Virus record (IMG/VR): IMGVR_UViG_2588253903_000005
Coordinates: 11,653-75,652 of that record
DNA length: 64,000 nucleotides
Reading direction: 5' to 3' (one strand)
Source of the DNA: a virus
Taxonomy: Duplodnaviria > Caudoviricetes
The translations under genes were made by a program, and so were the position numbers. The notes under the pieces are model-generated. The model saw only the letters and a program-made list of their open reading frames with translations, made no database searches and was not told the DNA's origin. This document shows positions 48,147 through 57,809 of the stretch, piece by piece (within the stretch, counting starts at the first letter, position 1; every line of letters starts with the position of its first letter).

Positions 48147-48470
48147 ATGAATGTGGATAATTTCAAAATCATGTACAAAATTCTCCGAGAGTTAGAGAAA
48201 AACATGGGGAACGAAAGATTTAACATAGAAACCGTATCGGCAGAAAAGCTGAAAATATCCTTCGAGAAATGGGAACAGCTTTTAATTCTCATGCAGGACG
48301 AGGGGTATATCAAAGGCTTGGTTCTGTCAAAAGACCTTGGGCAGATGTATAGGCACATTGCAGAGCCGATAAAGCCGCAGATTACCATTAGAGGGCTTGA
48401 ATACCTTGCAGGGAACAGTTTTATGGGGAAAGCAAAGGAAGCGTTGAAGATGGCGGGAGAGATAATTTAG
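48147..48470 (+). CDS. YjcQ-like winged-helix protein
   Basis: NFKIMYKILRELE...LMQDEGYIKG...ITIRGLEYL...M.KAK. Confidence 0.75.
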   Translation: MNVDNFKIMYKILRELEKNMGNERFNIETVSAEKLKISFEKWEQLLILMQDEGYIKGLVLSKDLGQMYRHIAEPIKPQITIRGLEYLAGNSFMGKAKEALKMAGEII

Positions 48471-48615
48471 TAAAAACAAAGGCAGTTGGTCAACTTGGCG
48501 TTGCCCAATGTGGGTATCGCCTTTTAAAATATTTTAATTTCCTCTTAACTTTTGTCGAAACTTATCCCATTTTATGTTATAATTTACCAAAACACAAATG
48601 AAGGGAGAAATACTT

Positions 48616-49494
48616 ATGAGCAGGAGAGAAGGGAAAATATCAATAATTGTGGCTGTGATAGGTTTAATTGGAGTTATAGGGGCAGCAATCATCGGTGCAA
48701 AGTGGGGTAAGGAGAATGTAACAGTAATAGTTCAGTTGGACGGAAAGAATGTGGTTCTTAATAATGAGGATGTTAAGAAAATGGCGAAAGAAAATGAGCA
48801 GTTAAATAATGAAATTTCTGAATATAAAGAAGAAATAGAAAAATTACAGGGTCAGGGCAAGGAATTAGCAACAAAATTAGGGGCTGCAAATGGAGAACTC
48901 AACGATGTTCCGTCCATTGAATATAGAAACTTTGGGCTTTCCATAGATGGGAAAGAAATGGCTGTAAATAAAGACAAATCAGCTGTTTTGATAAATGGCA
49001 GGAAATATTATTCAAAAGATTTTGTTGATAATTTGCTGCCATCCGATAAAGCAGCGGTAGAAAAGGATGATATGCTTTATGTCGGAAAGGTGGTAAAAGA
49101 GAAATCTAATTTATTTGACAGGCAATTAATAGGAAAATCGAATGATGGTTCACAAGTAAGTATAGAAACAAATGTTAAAGATACATATGGGAATATGCAT
49201 GATAAAGCAGTTGTGTTTTCTTTGTACAATAACAGCATAACGTTTAATGCAAATAAAGAATATTCTAAATTTAAATGCATATTAAATGTTTTAGATGGGA
49301 ACCCAGGAGGCGGGATTATTCAAATAGAATCGGAACAAGGAATTCTATATACATCAGAAGAAGTTTTAAGCACAACAGAACCAGTTTTAGTCGATATACC
49401 AATAAACTATGCTTCTTCCATAACAATAATGAAAATAGGAAATGAAAATACGAAGAATATGGTAACAGATGCAGTTCTTTACAATGAAGAATAG
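48616..49494 (+). CDS. Membrane-anchored protein with coiled coil and NPCBM-like beta-sandwich
   Basis: N-terminal TM; C-terminal TFNANKEYSKFKC...DIPINYASSITI. Confidence 0.6.
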   Translation: MSRREGKISIIVAVIGLIGVIGAAIIGAKWGKENVTVIVQLDGKNVVLNNEDVKKMAKENEQLNNEISEYKEEIEKLQGQGKELATKLGAANGELNDVPSIEYRNFGLSIDGKEMAVNKDKSAVLINGRKYYSKDFVDNLLPSDKAAVEKDDMLYVGKVVKEKSNLFDRQLIGKSNDGSQVSIETNVKDTYGNMHDKAVVFSLYNNSITFNANKEYSKFKCILNVLDGNPGGGIIQIESEQGILYTSEEVLSTTEPVLVDIPINYASSITIMKIGNENTKNMVTDAVLYNEE

Positions 49495-49557
49495 TGGATA
49501 AGAAAATTTTTTATCAATGATTGGATTCTGCAACATTTTATTAAAAGGAGAAAACTT

Positions 49558-50361
49558 ATGGAGAAACAAACGAAAACCAAGAAACTTTTAACCCTTGCCG
49601 CAATCATTCTGTCTTTGCTGGTATTATTCCCAACCAGCGTGAATGCCGCAGGAAAAACCAAGCTGAACGCCATAAAGAAAACAGTCAATGTGGGTGATTC
49701 CTGCACTGTGAAGCTACTGAACAACAAAAAGAAAGTGAAATGGTCTGTATCGAACAAAAACATCAAGATTGTGAGCAAAAGCAACAAGCAAGTAAAAATT
49801 AAGGGCATTAAGAAAGGAACGTCATACCTGAAAGCGAAGGTTGGGAGCAAGACTTATAAGTGCAAGGTGACGGTGAAGGAGAAAAGTAAAGGGAATGGAA
49901 CCAAAAAGAATCCGTATTCTGCGTATGATACATATACAACAGATATATTTGGAGCAAGGTATTACGGTCAAGCAAAAGTCAAGCTGATTGATTATAAAGA
50001 TGGAAAAGAAGCGTTAAATTATCTTAAGAAAAATGGGCTAAAGAAAAATCCAGGGAAATCAAAAGAATATGTATATTTAAAATTTAAAATTGATTATTTT
50101 TATGGTCGGGAAGAAATACCAGCACTTTTAACGATAGGTAGATTTTACACGTCAAATTCCACAAAGGAAATACCTTGGAATGAAATAAAGTGCAATGATG
50201 GAATTAAAGACTTTTACACAGAAAGTATGTTGCCGGGAAATAGTGTGACATGCAAAATTATATTTTTAATAAATTCAAAAGAAAAGCCAGTAACTTATAA
50301 AATTGATGGTTATGACGATGACTGGAACCCAACCGAAACATGGTTTACAACGAAGAAATAG
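49558..50361 (+). CDS. Secreted protein with Ig-like (Big_2) domain
   Basis: Signal peptide; KVKWSVSNK...VKIKGIKKGT..LKAKVGSKTYKCKVTVK. Confidence 0.75.
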   Translation: MEKQTKTKKLLTLAAIILSLLVLFPTSVNAAGKTKLNAIKKTVNVGDSCTVKLLNNKKKVKWSVSNKNIKIVSKSNKQVKIKGIKKGTSYLKAKVGSKTYKCKVTVKEKSKGNGTKKNPYSAYDTYTTDIFGARYYGQAKVKLIDYKDGKEALNYLKKNGLKKNPGKSKEYVYLKFKIDYFYGREEIPALLTIGRFYTSNSTKEIPWNEIKCNDGIKDFYTESMLPGNSVTCKIIFLINSKEKPVTYKIDGYDDDWNPTETWFTTKK

Positions 50362-50384
50362 TAGAGATAAAGGGGAAAATTCAA

Positions 50385-51173
50385 ATGAAAAAATATAAAA
50401 ATGTAATTATGATTTCTATACTTTTAGCATTGCATATTTCTTTAAATGTAAAAGCAGAATGCATTCATGAATGGACGGAATGGAAAACACTTATAGAGCC
50501 TACTTGTTCCGAAGAAGGGTACCAAACAAGAGAATGTTTGAAGTGCTATGAAAGCGATAGTAGATACATACCAGAAACTGGTATTCATACATGGACAGAA
50601 TGGAAGGCAGATGATGTTTTATGCGCTGATGGAAAATACACGAGGGAATGTAAAGAATGTTATAAAACGGAAACAAAATTTAGGAAAGGTAATGGAAACC
50701 ATAGATATTCTAAATGGTATGTAATTACAGAAGCAAATTGCACAAATAATGGAAAAAAAGAAAGAGAGTGCCTGGATTGCTTTTATTATGAATATGAAAT
50801 TATTCCATCAAATTCTTCCCTGCATGAATGGTCGAGTTGGAGTTCTATAGTTTATGCAACAGCATTAAAAACTGGAAAATCAGAACGGGAATGTTATGTA
50901 TGTCACACAGTTGAAGTGAAAAAAACAAAAAAACTTAAAGCTAAAATAACCCTTTCTTTAAAAAAGAAAATTTTGAAAGTTGGAAAGTCCTTCACGCTTG
51001 GGTTAAAGAGATATACATATGGAGATAAAATTTCTAAGTTTTTGTCTAGCAATAAAAAAGTTGCTACAGTAAATAAAAAAGGAAGGGTTACTGCAAAAAA
51101 GAAAGGGAAAGCAAAGATAACAGTTAGGATGAAAAGCGGATGTAAAGCAACGTGCAATGTAACAGTAAAATAG
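50385..51173 (+). CDS. Secreted protein with Cys/Trp repeats and C-terminal Big_2 domain
   Basis: Repeated H.W..W.....TC..G...REC..C; SSNKKVATVNKKGRVTAKKKGKAKITV. Confidence 0.75.
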   Translation: MKKYKNVIMISILLALHISLNVKAECIHEWTEWKTLIEPTCSEEGYQTRECLKCYESDSRYIPETGIHTWTEWKADDVLCADGKYTRECKECYKTETKFRKGNGNHRYSKWYVITEANCTNNGKKERECLDCFYYEYEIIPSNSSLHEWSSWSSIVYATALKTGKSERECYVCHTVEVKKTKKLKAKITLSLKKKILKVGKSFTLGLKRYTYGDKISKFLSSNKKVATVNKKGRVTAKKKGKAKITVRMKSGCKATCNVTVK

Positions 51174-51298
51174 GTTTGAGGATTTAGAGCCTAAAGGCTC
51201 TATTTCTTTTTATCTTTTAATTTTGTTAGTTGAAATTAAATGAAATATATCTTCTTTGATGGTATAATATAGCATTATACGAAAGGGGATAAGGTGCT

Positions 51299-52525
51299 AT
51301 GGGGAAACTATCTGATTGGATAAAGAAAAACATATTAAATGAAAATCAAGCTGAAAATATAGAAAGAAATGAATATAATGCAGTTGATGAAAAGAAAAGC
51401 GAAGAAAATATTTCTGAAATAAAGGAAGAAAAACCAAAAGAGAAAATTTATATTAGCCACATGGATGCCTATTTTTGGGAGGCAGGGGAATTTGTCATTG
51501 AAAAGAATAAAGGTTCTATAGGTTTAATTCAGATGAATTTTAAAATAGGATTTAATCGCGCTTCAAAAATAATGGATGAATTATGTGAAGCTGGGGTTGT
51601 TGGAGAAGAAAATGGAATAGAACCGAGAAAAGTTTTAATGAGCAAAGAAGAATTTGAAGAATTACATAATAACGATATAGATATGATAGAGATAGGAAAA
51701 AAAGTAGACTTTGAAAAGTCAAACAGAATAGACATGTATAACAACAAAATCGACTACATGACAGGGGAAGATTTTGAATTATATGTTGCTCAACTATTAG
51801 GGAATATAGGGTTTTACAACATACATACCACAAAAGGAAGCGGCGACCAAGGCGTTGATATTCTTGCAGAAAAAGAGGGAATGAAATATGCTTTTCAGTG
51901 CAAAAGATATGATAAACCAGTTGGTAATAATGCTGTACAGGAGGTTTTTGCAGGAAAATTCTTTTATCACTGTCATGTGGCGATAGTTGTGACAAATAAC
52001 TATTTTACAAAATCAGCTAAAGATTTAGCAAATGAAAACGGGGTTGTTCTGTGGGATAGGAATTATTTGCAAAAATTTATCGGCACAACAAATGGAGTTG
52101 CCATAGAAAAATCTCCAAATTCTATCATAGAAAAATATTATTATATAAATGGAGACTTTACAACTTTTTCTTTGAAAAAAGAAAATAAAATTGAAATTTT
52201 AGCAATTTGTAAGAATAATATAAATGCGGCCAATTTGTATCTTTCCTATTCTGTTAAATTGAAGGAAGAATGGATTGGAAAAGTAGATTTTGCGGTTGCT
52301 GTTAATTTTGGAAATGCAGTAGCAATCTGCACAAATGAAAATGGGGAAGAATTTTTTGGAGGCAAGGAACTTGATGGAGAGATTGCAATAGGAATACCGA
52401 AATGGATGGATAAAGCAAGAGACGAACTTTTAAGCAGGAACAAAGATGAATTTTTAAGAATGGTTGAAGAAGCAAACAGATATTTAGACGAGTTTATGTC
52501 AGAAGCGATAAAATATATTAAATAA
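51299..52525 (+). CDS. FtsK gamma-domain plus Mrr-type restriction endonuclease fusion
   Basis: GSIGLIQMNFKIGFNRASKIMDELCEAGVVG...PRKVL (FtsK gamma); MTGEDFE...GDQGVDILAEK...AFQCKRY...AVQEV...TNNYFT..AKDLA (Mrr_cat). Confidence 0.8.
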   Translation: MGKLSDWIKKNILNENQAENIERNEYNAVDEKKSEENISEIKEEKPKEKIYISHMDAYFWEAGEFVIEKNKGSIGLIQMNFKIGFNRASKIMDELCEAGVVGEENGIEPRKVLMSKEEFEELHNNDIDMIEIGKKVDFEKSNRIDMYNNKIDYMTGEDFELYVAQLLGNIGFYNIHTTKGSGDQGVDILAEKEGMKYAFQCKRYDKPVGNNAVQEVFAGKFFYHCHVAIVVTNNYFTKSAKDLANENGVVLWDRNYLQKFIGTTNGVAIEKSPNSIIEKYYYINGDFTTFSLKKENKIEILAICKNNINAANLYLSYSVKLKEEWIGKVDFAVAVNFGNAVAICTNENGEEFFGGKELDGEIAIGIPKWMDKARDELLSRNKDEFLRMVEEANRYLDEFMSEAIKYIK

Positions 52526-52532
52526 AATCCTC

Positions 52533-52587
52533 TTGACAATGCACGTGCATTTTGATATATTAAGAGTGTGCAAACAGCACGTGCAAT
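52533..52587 (+). promoter_or_regulatory. Promoter with a palindromic operator and a second partial copy
   Basis: TTGACA, 17 bp, TATATT; ATGCACGTGCAT in the spacer and GCACGTGCA downstream. Confidence 0.75.
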
Positions 52588-52606
52588 CTGAAAGGAGGTT
52601 GATACA

Positions 52607-52786
52607 GTGTCTCCCAAAATGGGGCAAAAGATTAAGGACAACCCTAAAAATGTAAGGCTTGATTTAAGGCTGACAAAACAAGAAGCAGAGGATTTACAAT
52701 ACTGTGCTGATAAGTTGGAAACAAGCCGAACAGATGTAATTAACAGGGGTGTTCAGAAAATCAAAAAAGAAATTGATAAAAAATAG
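52607..52786 (+). CDS. CopG/RHH protein (59 aa, not in ORF track)
   Basis: GGAGG RBS, GTG start; KNVRLDLRLTKQEAEDLQYCADKLETSRTDVINRGV. Confidence 0.75.
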   Translation: MSPKMGQKIKDNPKNVRLDLRLTKQEAEDLQYCADKLETSRTDVINRGVQKIKKEIDKK

Positions 52787-53002
52787 AAGTTGCCCACCGT
52801 CCAAAGTCAGCAACTTCTAAACACACCAACTCCCATAAGAAGCTGATACATCCAGTATAACAGACTCTTATGGGAATGTCAAACATTTTCATAGGAGGTT
52901 TTAGTGTGAAAGTAAGTAGAGGAAAACCATAAATTGGCGCACTTGAATAAGCTGTCTAAGGCAGGCAACTTTTTGAAGTGCTATGGAGTTAGGAAATTAG
53001 AT

Positions 53003-54277
53003 TTAAGAAGCTAATGGTTCATCAGGAGGAAGTAATCCTTCTCGTTGTAATAACTTCTTGGCTTGTTTGATAGCCTTTGCCTTTTGTTTTTCAAGCAGAG
53101 GTGCAGGCATATCGATTTTGTAAAGATCGCTCGGATTCCACTGCTCACCAGTAGACAGCATCTGGTAGATGGCAGTAAGAATCATGCGGGCAATAGCGAT
53201 TATGGCTCTTTTCTTGCCACGGCGTTTAACAAGTGAATCATATTTCTTTTTGTAGTAAGGAGATTTGTCAGATTTTACGGCTGCATGAGCACACTGTACT
53301 AATGCAGGTTTGAGGTAGACACCGGCACGCGTAATCCGGACAGACTTCTTCTTACCAGCGGATTCATTGCTGCCGGGGGTTAGACCAGCCCAGCAGCATA
53401 AGCGTTTGGAACTCGAGAACTGAGACATATCAGTACCAATTTCGGAGATGATAGTGATTGCACTATCATGTTTTACACCCGGAATGGTACAGAGAAACCG
53501 GACAGCATTTTCAAAATCAGGATTAGAAGAAATCATATTTTCAATCATTTTATCAACATCATTGATTTCAGCTGTGATATAATCCATATGTGCACGGACA
53601 AGGCGCATACGGTATTTTTGGGCATCAGTCATCTGATATCCTTCGACGGATTCTATAACAGCATCTTCTTTGGATTTGAGGCTCCTTAGAAGTTTAGATG
53701 CGATTTCTTCGTGGTTAATGGATGTACCCGATTGTTCAAGCAGATAGTCAATAATGGATGTGGATGACTTCCCAAAGATATCGGAAACAACAGAATCTAA
53801 TGCAACATTGCAAACAGTAAGAGCATTCTGATATCTATTCTTTTCACTTGAACGGCAGGAAACAAGCTTATAACGATAGCGAGTGTATTCCCTGAGAATA
53901 CGGACTTTCTTGCAAGGGATATAACTGCCTTTGACAAGTCCAAGACGGAACAAATCTCCAATCCATTTAGAATCTTTGGCATCATCTTTGTTGCCTTTTA
54001 CCGCCTTGACCCATTTGGGATTGGCAATGACAACATTGATTTCATCTTCCAGAAGATTAAAGACAGGAATCCAGTATTTACCTGTGGATTCCATACAGAC
54101 ATCATGGCAATCATTGTCGAGAAGCCATTGCTTGAATTCGAGAATGGAATTGTTAAAGGTAGAAAAGCGCTTCTTTTGGTAAGAAGGCTCAATGCCACCG
54201 GTAGTTTTGACGATTGTGGCAACGAGAAACGATTTGTGAACATCGACACCACAACAGGTTTGGTAAGTAACTTTCAT
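53003..54277 (-). CDS. IS110 recombinase/transposase
   Basis: CGVDVHK, MESTGKYW, KDDAKD, TIPGV, WAGLTP...ESAGK. Confidence 0.95.
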   Translation of the reverse strand: MKVTYQTCCGVDVHKSFLVATIVKTTGGIEPSYQKKRFSTFNNSILEFKQWLLDNDCHDVCMESTGKYWIPVFNLLEDEINVVIANPKWVKAVKGNKDDAKDSKWIGDLFRLGLVKGSYIPCKKVRILREYTRYRYKLVSCRSSEKNRYQNALTVCNVALDSVVSDIFGKSSTSIIDYLLEQSGTSINHEEIASKLLRSLKSKEDAVIESVEGYQMTDAQKYRMRLVRAHMDYITAEINDVDKMIENMISSNPDFENAVRFLCTIPGVKHDSAITIISEIGTDMSQFSSSKRLCCWAGLTPGSNESAGKKKSVRITRAGVYLKPALVQCAHAAVKSDKSPYYKKKYDSLVKRRGKKRAIIAIARMILTAIYQMLSTGEQWNPSDLYKIDMPAPLLEKQKAKAIKQAKKLLQREGLLPPDEPLAS

Positions 54278-54528
54278 AGTCAGACTCCTTTCGTAAAAGA
54301 TGAGAAGCCATTGACTGAACTGCCACACAATTAAACTAAGGCGCTTAAACAATTCTTAGTGTACGGATTCGTAATTCCACTTATTTGTGCTTGAAAAGGC
54401 AGAACTTACACTGATTTATATGCTGTCTAAAACGAAGAAAGTTATTACAACTCCTCCTCTCGTGCTTTGTAGTTTAGCTTCTCACAAACTATTTTACAGC
54501 ACAGCGTAGAGAGTTGGAACACTTTCAT
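54278..54528 (-). ncRNA. Probable IS110 bridge-RNA-encoding non-coding end
   Basis: About 250-nt non-coding region 5' of the recombinase, where IS110-group elements encode bridge RNA; structure not verified. Confidence 0.5.
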
Positions 54529-54573
54529 TACTATTTGTGCCGCCAACTGAAAGGCGGCGGAATGGAGATTTAT

Positions 54574-55167
54574 ATGGATGATTTAATGATTAAAAACGTA
54601 GATGTATTTGGCGATAGCATTATGGCAGTACAGGACGTAGATGGAATAATTTGGGCGGGTGTAAGTTTCTTTTGCAAGGCTCTTGGAATGAGCGGCACAC
54701 AAAGAGATACACAGGTTGAGAAAATAAGGACAGATAAAACACTTTCAAAGGCGACCCGGAAATTTCCGGGTGGGGTATTTGGGACAACAAATGAAGCATA
54801 TGCATTAAAATTAGATTTTGTTCCTCTCTGGCTTGCCAAAATTTCAATCACGAAATGGATGGAGAAAGAGCACCCAGAGCTTGCAGAGAAACTACTGAAC
54901 TACCAGTTGAAAGCCAAAGACATCCTTGCAGACGCTTTCCTCCCAAACAGGGAATCCGCACCAGTACAGGTATATAACCCGTCCGAAATCCCATTAGGTG
55001 AACTTGCAAGCTATCTTAAAATTATGGACAGGGTAGCGAACCGCCAGAATCTCGCATCTTATAAGATTGCAGAGAACTTCAAGAAAGTGTCGGAGCAGTT
55101 CGGCGTGCAGCTTTCGGACGATTTTGTGAATGTGCCGGACTATGTGCAGCAGACCCTTGATATATAG
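54574..55167 (+). CDS. Phage antirepressor N-terminal domain protein
   Basis: VDVFGDSIMAVQD...LDFVPLWLAKISIT...LLNYQLKAKDILADAF; paralog of 419-1075. Confidence 0.8.
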   Translation: MDDLMIKNVDVFGDSIMAVQDVDGIIWAGVSFFCKALGMSGTQRDTQVEKIRTDKTLSKATRKFPGGVFGTTNEAYALKLDFVPLWLAKISITKWMEKEHPELAEKLLNYQLKAKDILADAFLPNRESAPVQVYNPSEIPLGELASYLKIMDRVANRQNLASYKIAENFKKVSEQFGVQLSDDFVNVPDYVQQTLDI

Positions 55168-55303
55168 CATTCCAATCCGGGCACTTACTAAAATGCATTT
55201 TTCTGGTTCTTAGTGAGTGTCCACTAAAATACAAAAAAAGCGTTCTTGACTGGACACTTTCCTAAATGTATAATAATGGAAAATAGGAAAGGGGCAAGGG
55301 AAT

Positions 55304-56134
55304 ATGAAACAGACAAGAGCAACGCACAGTGGAACATGGAAAATAGGAGAAGGATTGGAATTGGAATGCTATGTCATGGACAATAAGGAGCGGGTTTTGT
55401 CTTCCAGGGGAGCGGCGAAAGCCATGAATCTCACGGGTGGCGGCGGAACAGCATTAAAAAGAAATTTGAATTCTTTGTGGATTGCGCCATATCTTTCAGA
55501 AGAATTGAGGGAATGGGTGTATAAATCAACAAGAAATGAGCTGCCGCAGTATCTCACGAAAAGGGGGACGCCATTCTTCCCAATGAAATCATCTGTATTT
55601 GTAGACATATGCAAAGCGTATGTGGATGCAAGGAACGATGGGATATTGAATAAGACGCAAGCCGAAACTGCCGAAAGGCTATACGCTATAATGACCGCTT
55701 TTGCAAAAGTTGGTCTTGATTCTCTGATTGATGAAGTTACTGGCTATCAGTACGACAGGGAACATGATGAATTGCAGCGGCTTTTATCGGCTTATATCAG
55801 TGAGGAACTTATGCCGTGGGCAAAACGGTTTCCGGATGAATTTTACAAGCAAATGTTCCGTCTGAAAGGCTGGACATACAATGGGAACAGCCGACCGCAG
55901 TATGTAGGGAAACTGACAAACCAATACATATATGAGCAACTGCCGGACGGAGTTCTGGAAGAGTTGAAAAGCAAGACCCCGAAGAACAGGAGATTGCACC
56001 AATCTTTGACAGATGAGATAGGAGTTCCGCATCTTGACAAACAGCTCCAAAAGGTGATTGCTCTTATGAGGGCGTCTGACACATGGGAAGAATTTGAAAA
56101 CCTATTCGACAAGGCAACAAATAGGAAAGACTGA
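55304..56134 (+). CDS. P63C domain protein
   Basis: FAKVGLDSLIDEVTGYQ...WAKRFPDEFY...RPQYVGKLTN..IY...LHQSLT..IG.PHL. Confidence 0.85.
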   Translation: MKQTRATHSGTWKIGEGLELECYVMDNKERVLSSRGAAKAMNLTGGGGTALKRNLNSLWIAPYLSEELREWVYKSTRNELPQYLTKRGTPFFPMKSSVFVDICKAYVDARNDGILNKTQAETAERLYAIMTAFAKVGLDSLIDEVTGYQYDREHDELQRLLSAYISEELMPWAKRFPDEFYKQMFRLKGWTYNGNSRPQYVGKLTNQYIYEQLPDGVLEELKSKTPKNRRLHQSLTDEIGVPHLDKQLQKVIALMRASDTWEEFENLFDKATNRKD

Positions 56135-56244
56135 TATTTACGATTCCCAATCCTTCTGTTTTTGAAAGGAAGGAAAAATGGATAGATTGAAAATAACAAT
56201 GATAAACGCCCAGAAGACCCTTGACTTGGAAGGGGGTCTTCATA

Positions 56245-56403
56245 ATGCTTAGAGTAGAAGCGCCGAAAGACAAAAAGAAACTGGAACAGCAGATTGCTGC
56301 CCTCCAGTATCAGATTTCCATTGATGCGAACGAGACGGACAAGAAGATTCATGAGGAAGCCCTACGGGTTCTGGAAGGAAAGTGGGGTGGACAAAATGAG
56401 TAA
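56245..56403 (+). CDS. Hypothetical protein
   Basis: MLRVEAPKDKKKLEQQIAAL...; coupled to the HNH gene. Confidence 0.55.
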   Translation: MLRVEAPKDKKKLEQQIAALQYQISIDANETDKKIHEEALRVLEGKWGGQNE

Positions 56404-56911
56404 AAATATGAAGTATTCGGAAGTAAGACAGATTGTATACAATCGTTACCACGGAAAATGCGCCATATGTGGGCAGAGGATTAAACTTAGTGAAATGTGT
56501 ATAAATCTGATTGTGCCAAAGTCAAAAGGCGGCTACAAGGAATTTTCCAATATGCAGGCGGTATGTGAAACTTGCGGGAAGATGAAACATAACATGACAC
56601 AGGAGGAATTTTTTAGGAAAGTTTTTGGATTAGCCATAAGAAATGCCATGAAATATTTTAAGTGGCTTCCGTTTTTAAATAGGAAGGAATGCAAAAAACC
56701 TGAAATTGAAAGAATGTTAAAAGAATACCGGGAGCGCACGGAAAGCGTGAAATTCTGCATGGGGTGGGATGATTATTTCAACCTGATTGAAATTTCGGAA
56801 AAAACCAATCCGAACAATGCGGTAGATTTGGCGTTCCGGCTAGGGCATATACAGGGAGAGGAAGATTTGAAAAACTACCTTCTTTCACATTTTGCAGCGG
56901 AGGTGGAGTGA
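56396..56911 (+). CDS. HNH endonuclease-like protein
   Basis: YHGKCAICG...IVPKSKGG...SNMQAVCETCGKMK; the canonical His appears altered (CINLI). Confidence 0.7.
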   Translation: MSKNMKYSEVRQIVYNRYHGKCAICGQRIKLSEMCINLIVPKSKGGYKEFSNMQAVCETCGKMKHNMTQEEFFRKVFGLAIRNAMKYFKWLPFLNRKECKKPEIERMLKEYRERTESVKFCMGWDDYFNLIEISEKTNPNNAVDLAFRLGHIQGEEDLKNYLLSHFAAEVE

Positions 56912-57207
56912 TGGAACAATGCATGGAGAACTTAAGGCATCAGCTTCTTCGTTATATGGGAAGGACAGGGTGCAGCATGAAACGCATGTCACAAGAGTGC
57001 GGGATTTCCATTCGGGAATTAAATTACATATTGGACGGGAAAAAGAAGGATATCAGGCTCTCAACCGTTGTGAGGATATCCGAGGGGATTAGAAAACCAC
57101 TCCCATGCCTAATAAGTGAGGAGGAATCAAAAAAGTATGAAAATATAATGTTTATCCATAAATTACACGCAGAAATAAGCGGTTATGTGGATAAGGCGGG
57201 AATATGA
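56908..57207 (+). CDS. XRE-type HTH protein
   Basis: SMKRMSQECGISIRELNYILDGKKKDIRLSTVVRISE. Confidence 0.75.
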   Translation: MMEQCMENLRHQLLRYMGRTGCSMKRMSQECGISIRELNYILDGKKKDIRLSTVVRISEGIRKPLPCLISEEESKKYENIMFIHKLHAEISGYVDKAGI

Positions 57208-57287
57208 GATTGGAAGGAAGAAAAGAATAGAAGCAATGAGAGATTCGATTTAGGGAATAGGGAAATTAAATAAAGCAAGTATTGCAA

Positions 57288-57321
57288 AGAGCATCTATCA
57301 GAAATGGTAGGTGCTCTTTTT
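57288..57321 (+). terminator. Intrinsic terminator
   Basis: AGAGCATCTATCA-GAAA-TGGTAGGTGCTCT then a T run. Confidence 0.7.
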
Positions 57322-57347
57322 ATGCCCATTTTTAAGGAGGTGGAAGT

Positions 57348-57809
57348 TTGCTTGAAAAAAAAGAAAGGAAAAGTAAGTATGCAGGGTGGCTTGTTAAAAT
57401 TGGCGATTACATCATTCCGACAAACAGATTTATTGCGGCAGACAGTTACAAGGCATACGCAAATATGCAAGACATTGACCCATGGACGGATGCAAACGGA
57501 TATTTGCATAGGAATGCAGTAAGATTAAAGGCTCTTAAGGTTGAATTTGAAACGCCGGCCATGCTTACAGATGAAGATTTTTCAGAATTAATGTGGAACA
57601 TAGACAGAAACATTACAAATGCAGATGCAAACGAATGTTATATTGAAGCGTTTATTCCAAGATACAACAGATATGAAAGACAAAAAGGATATTTGGTCGA
57701 TATAGAGCCGCAGATTTATGGAAATTACGAAAGAGATAATTCTGGAAACGGAATTTTACGTTATGACCCAATCAGGATTGCTTTTGTAGGAGGTGTTTAC
57801 AGTGGTTGA
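57348..57809 (+). CDS. Distal tail-type protein
   Basis: Position after the TMP island; D..TDANGYLHRNAV..K.KVEFETP. Confidence 0.65.
   Translation: MLEKKERKSKYAGWLVKIGDYIIPTNRFIAADSYKAYANMQDIDPWTDANGYLHRNAVRLKALKVEFETPAMLTDEDFSELMWNIDRNITNADANECYIEAFIPRYNRYERQKGYLVDIEPQIYGNYERDNSGNGILRYDPIRIAFVGGVYSG

Larger units (their letters stand above)
52931..54528 (-). mobile_element. IS110-family insertion sequence
   Basis: DEDD transposase; no terminal IRs; CAT at both junctions; removal restores an in-frame ORF. Confidence 0.85.
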
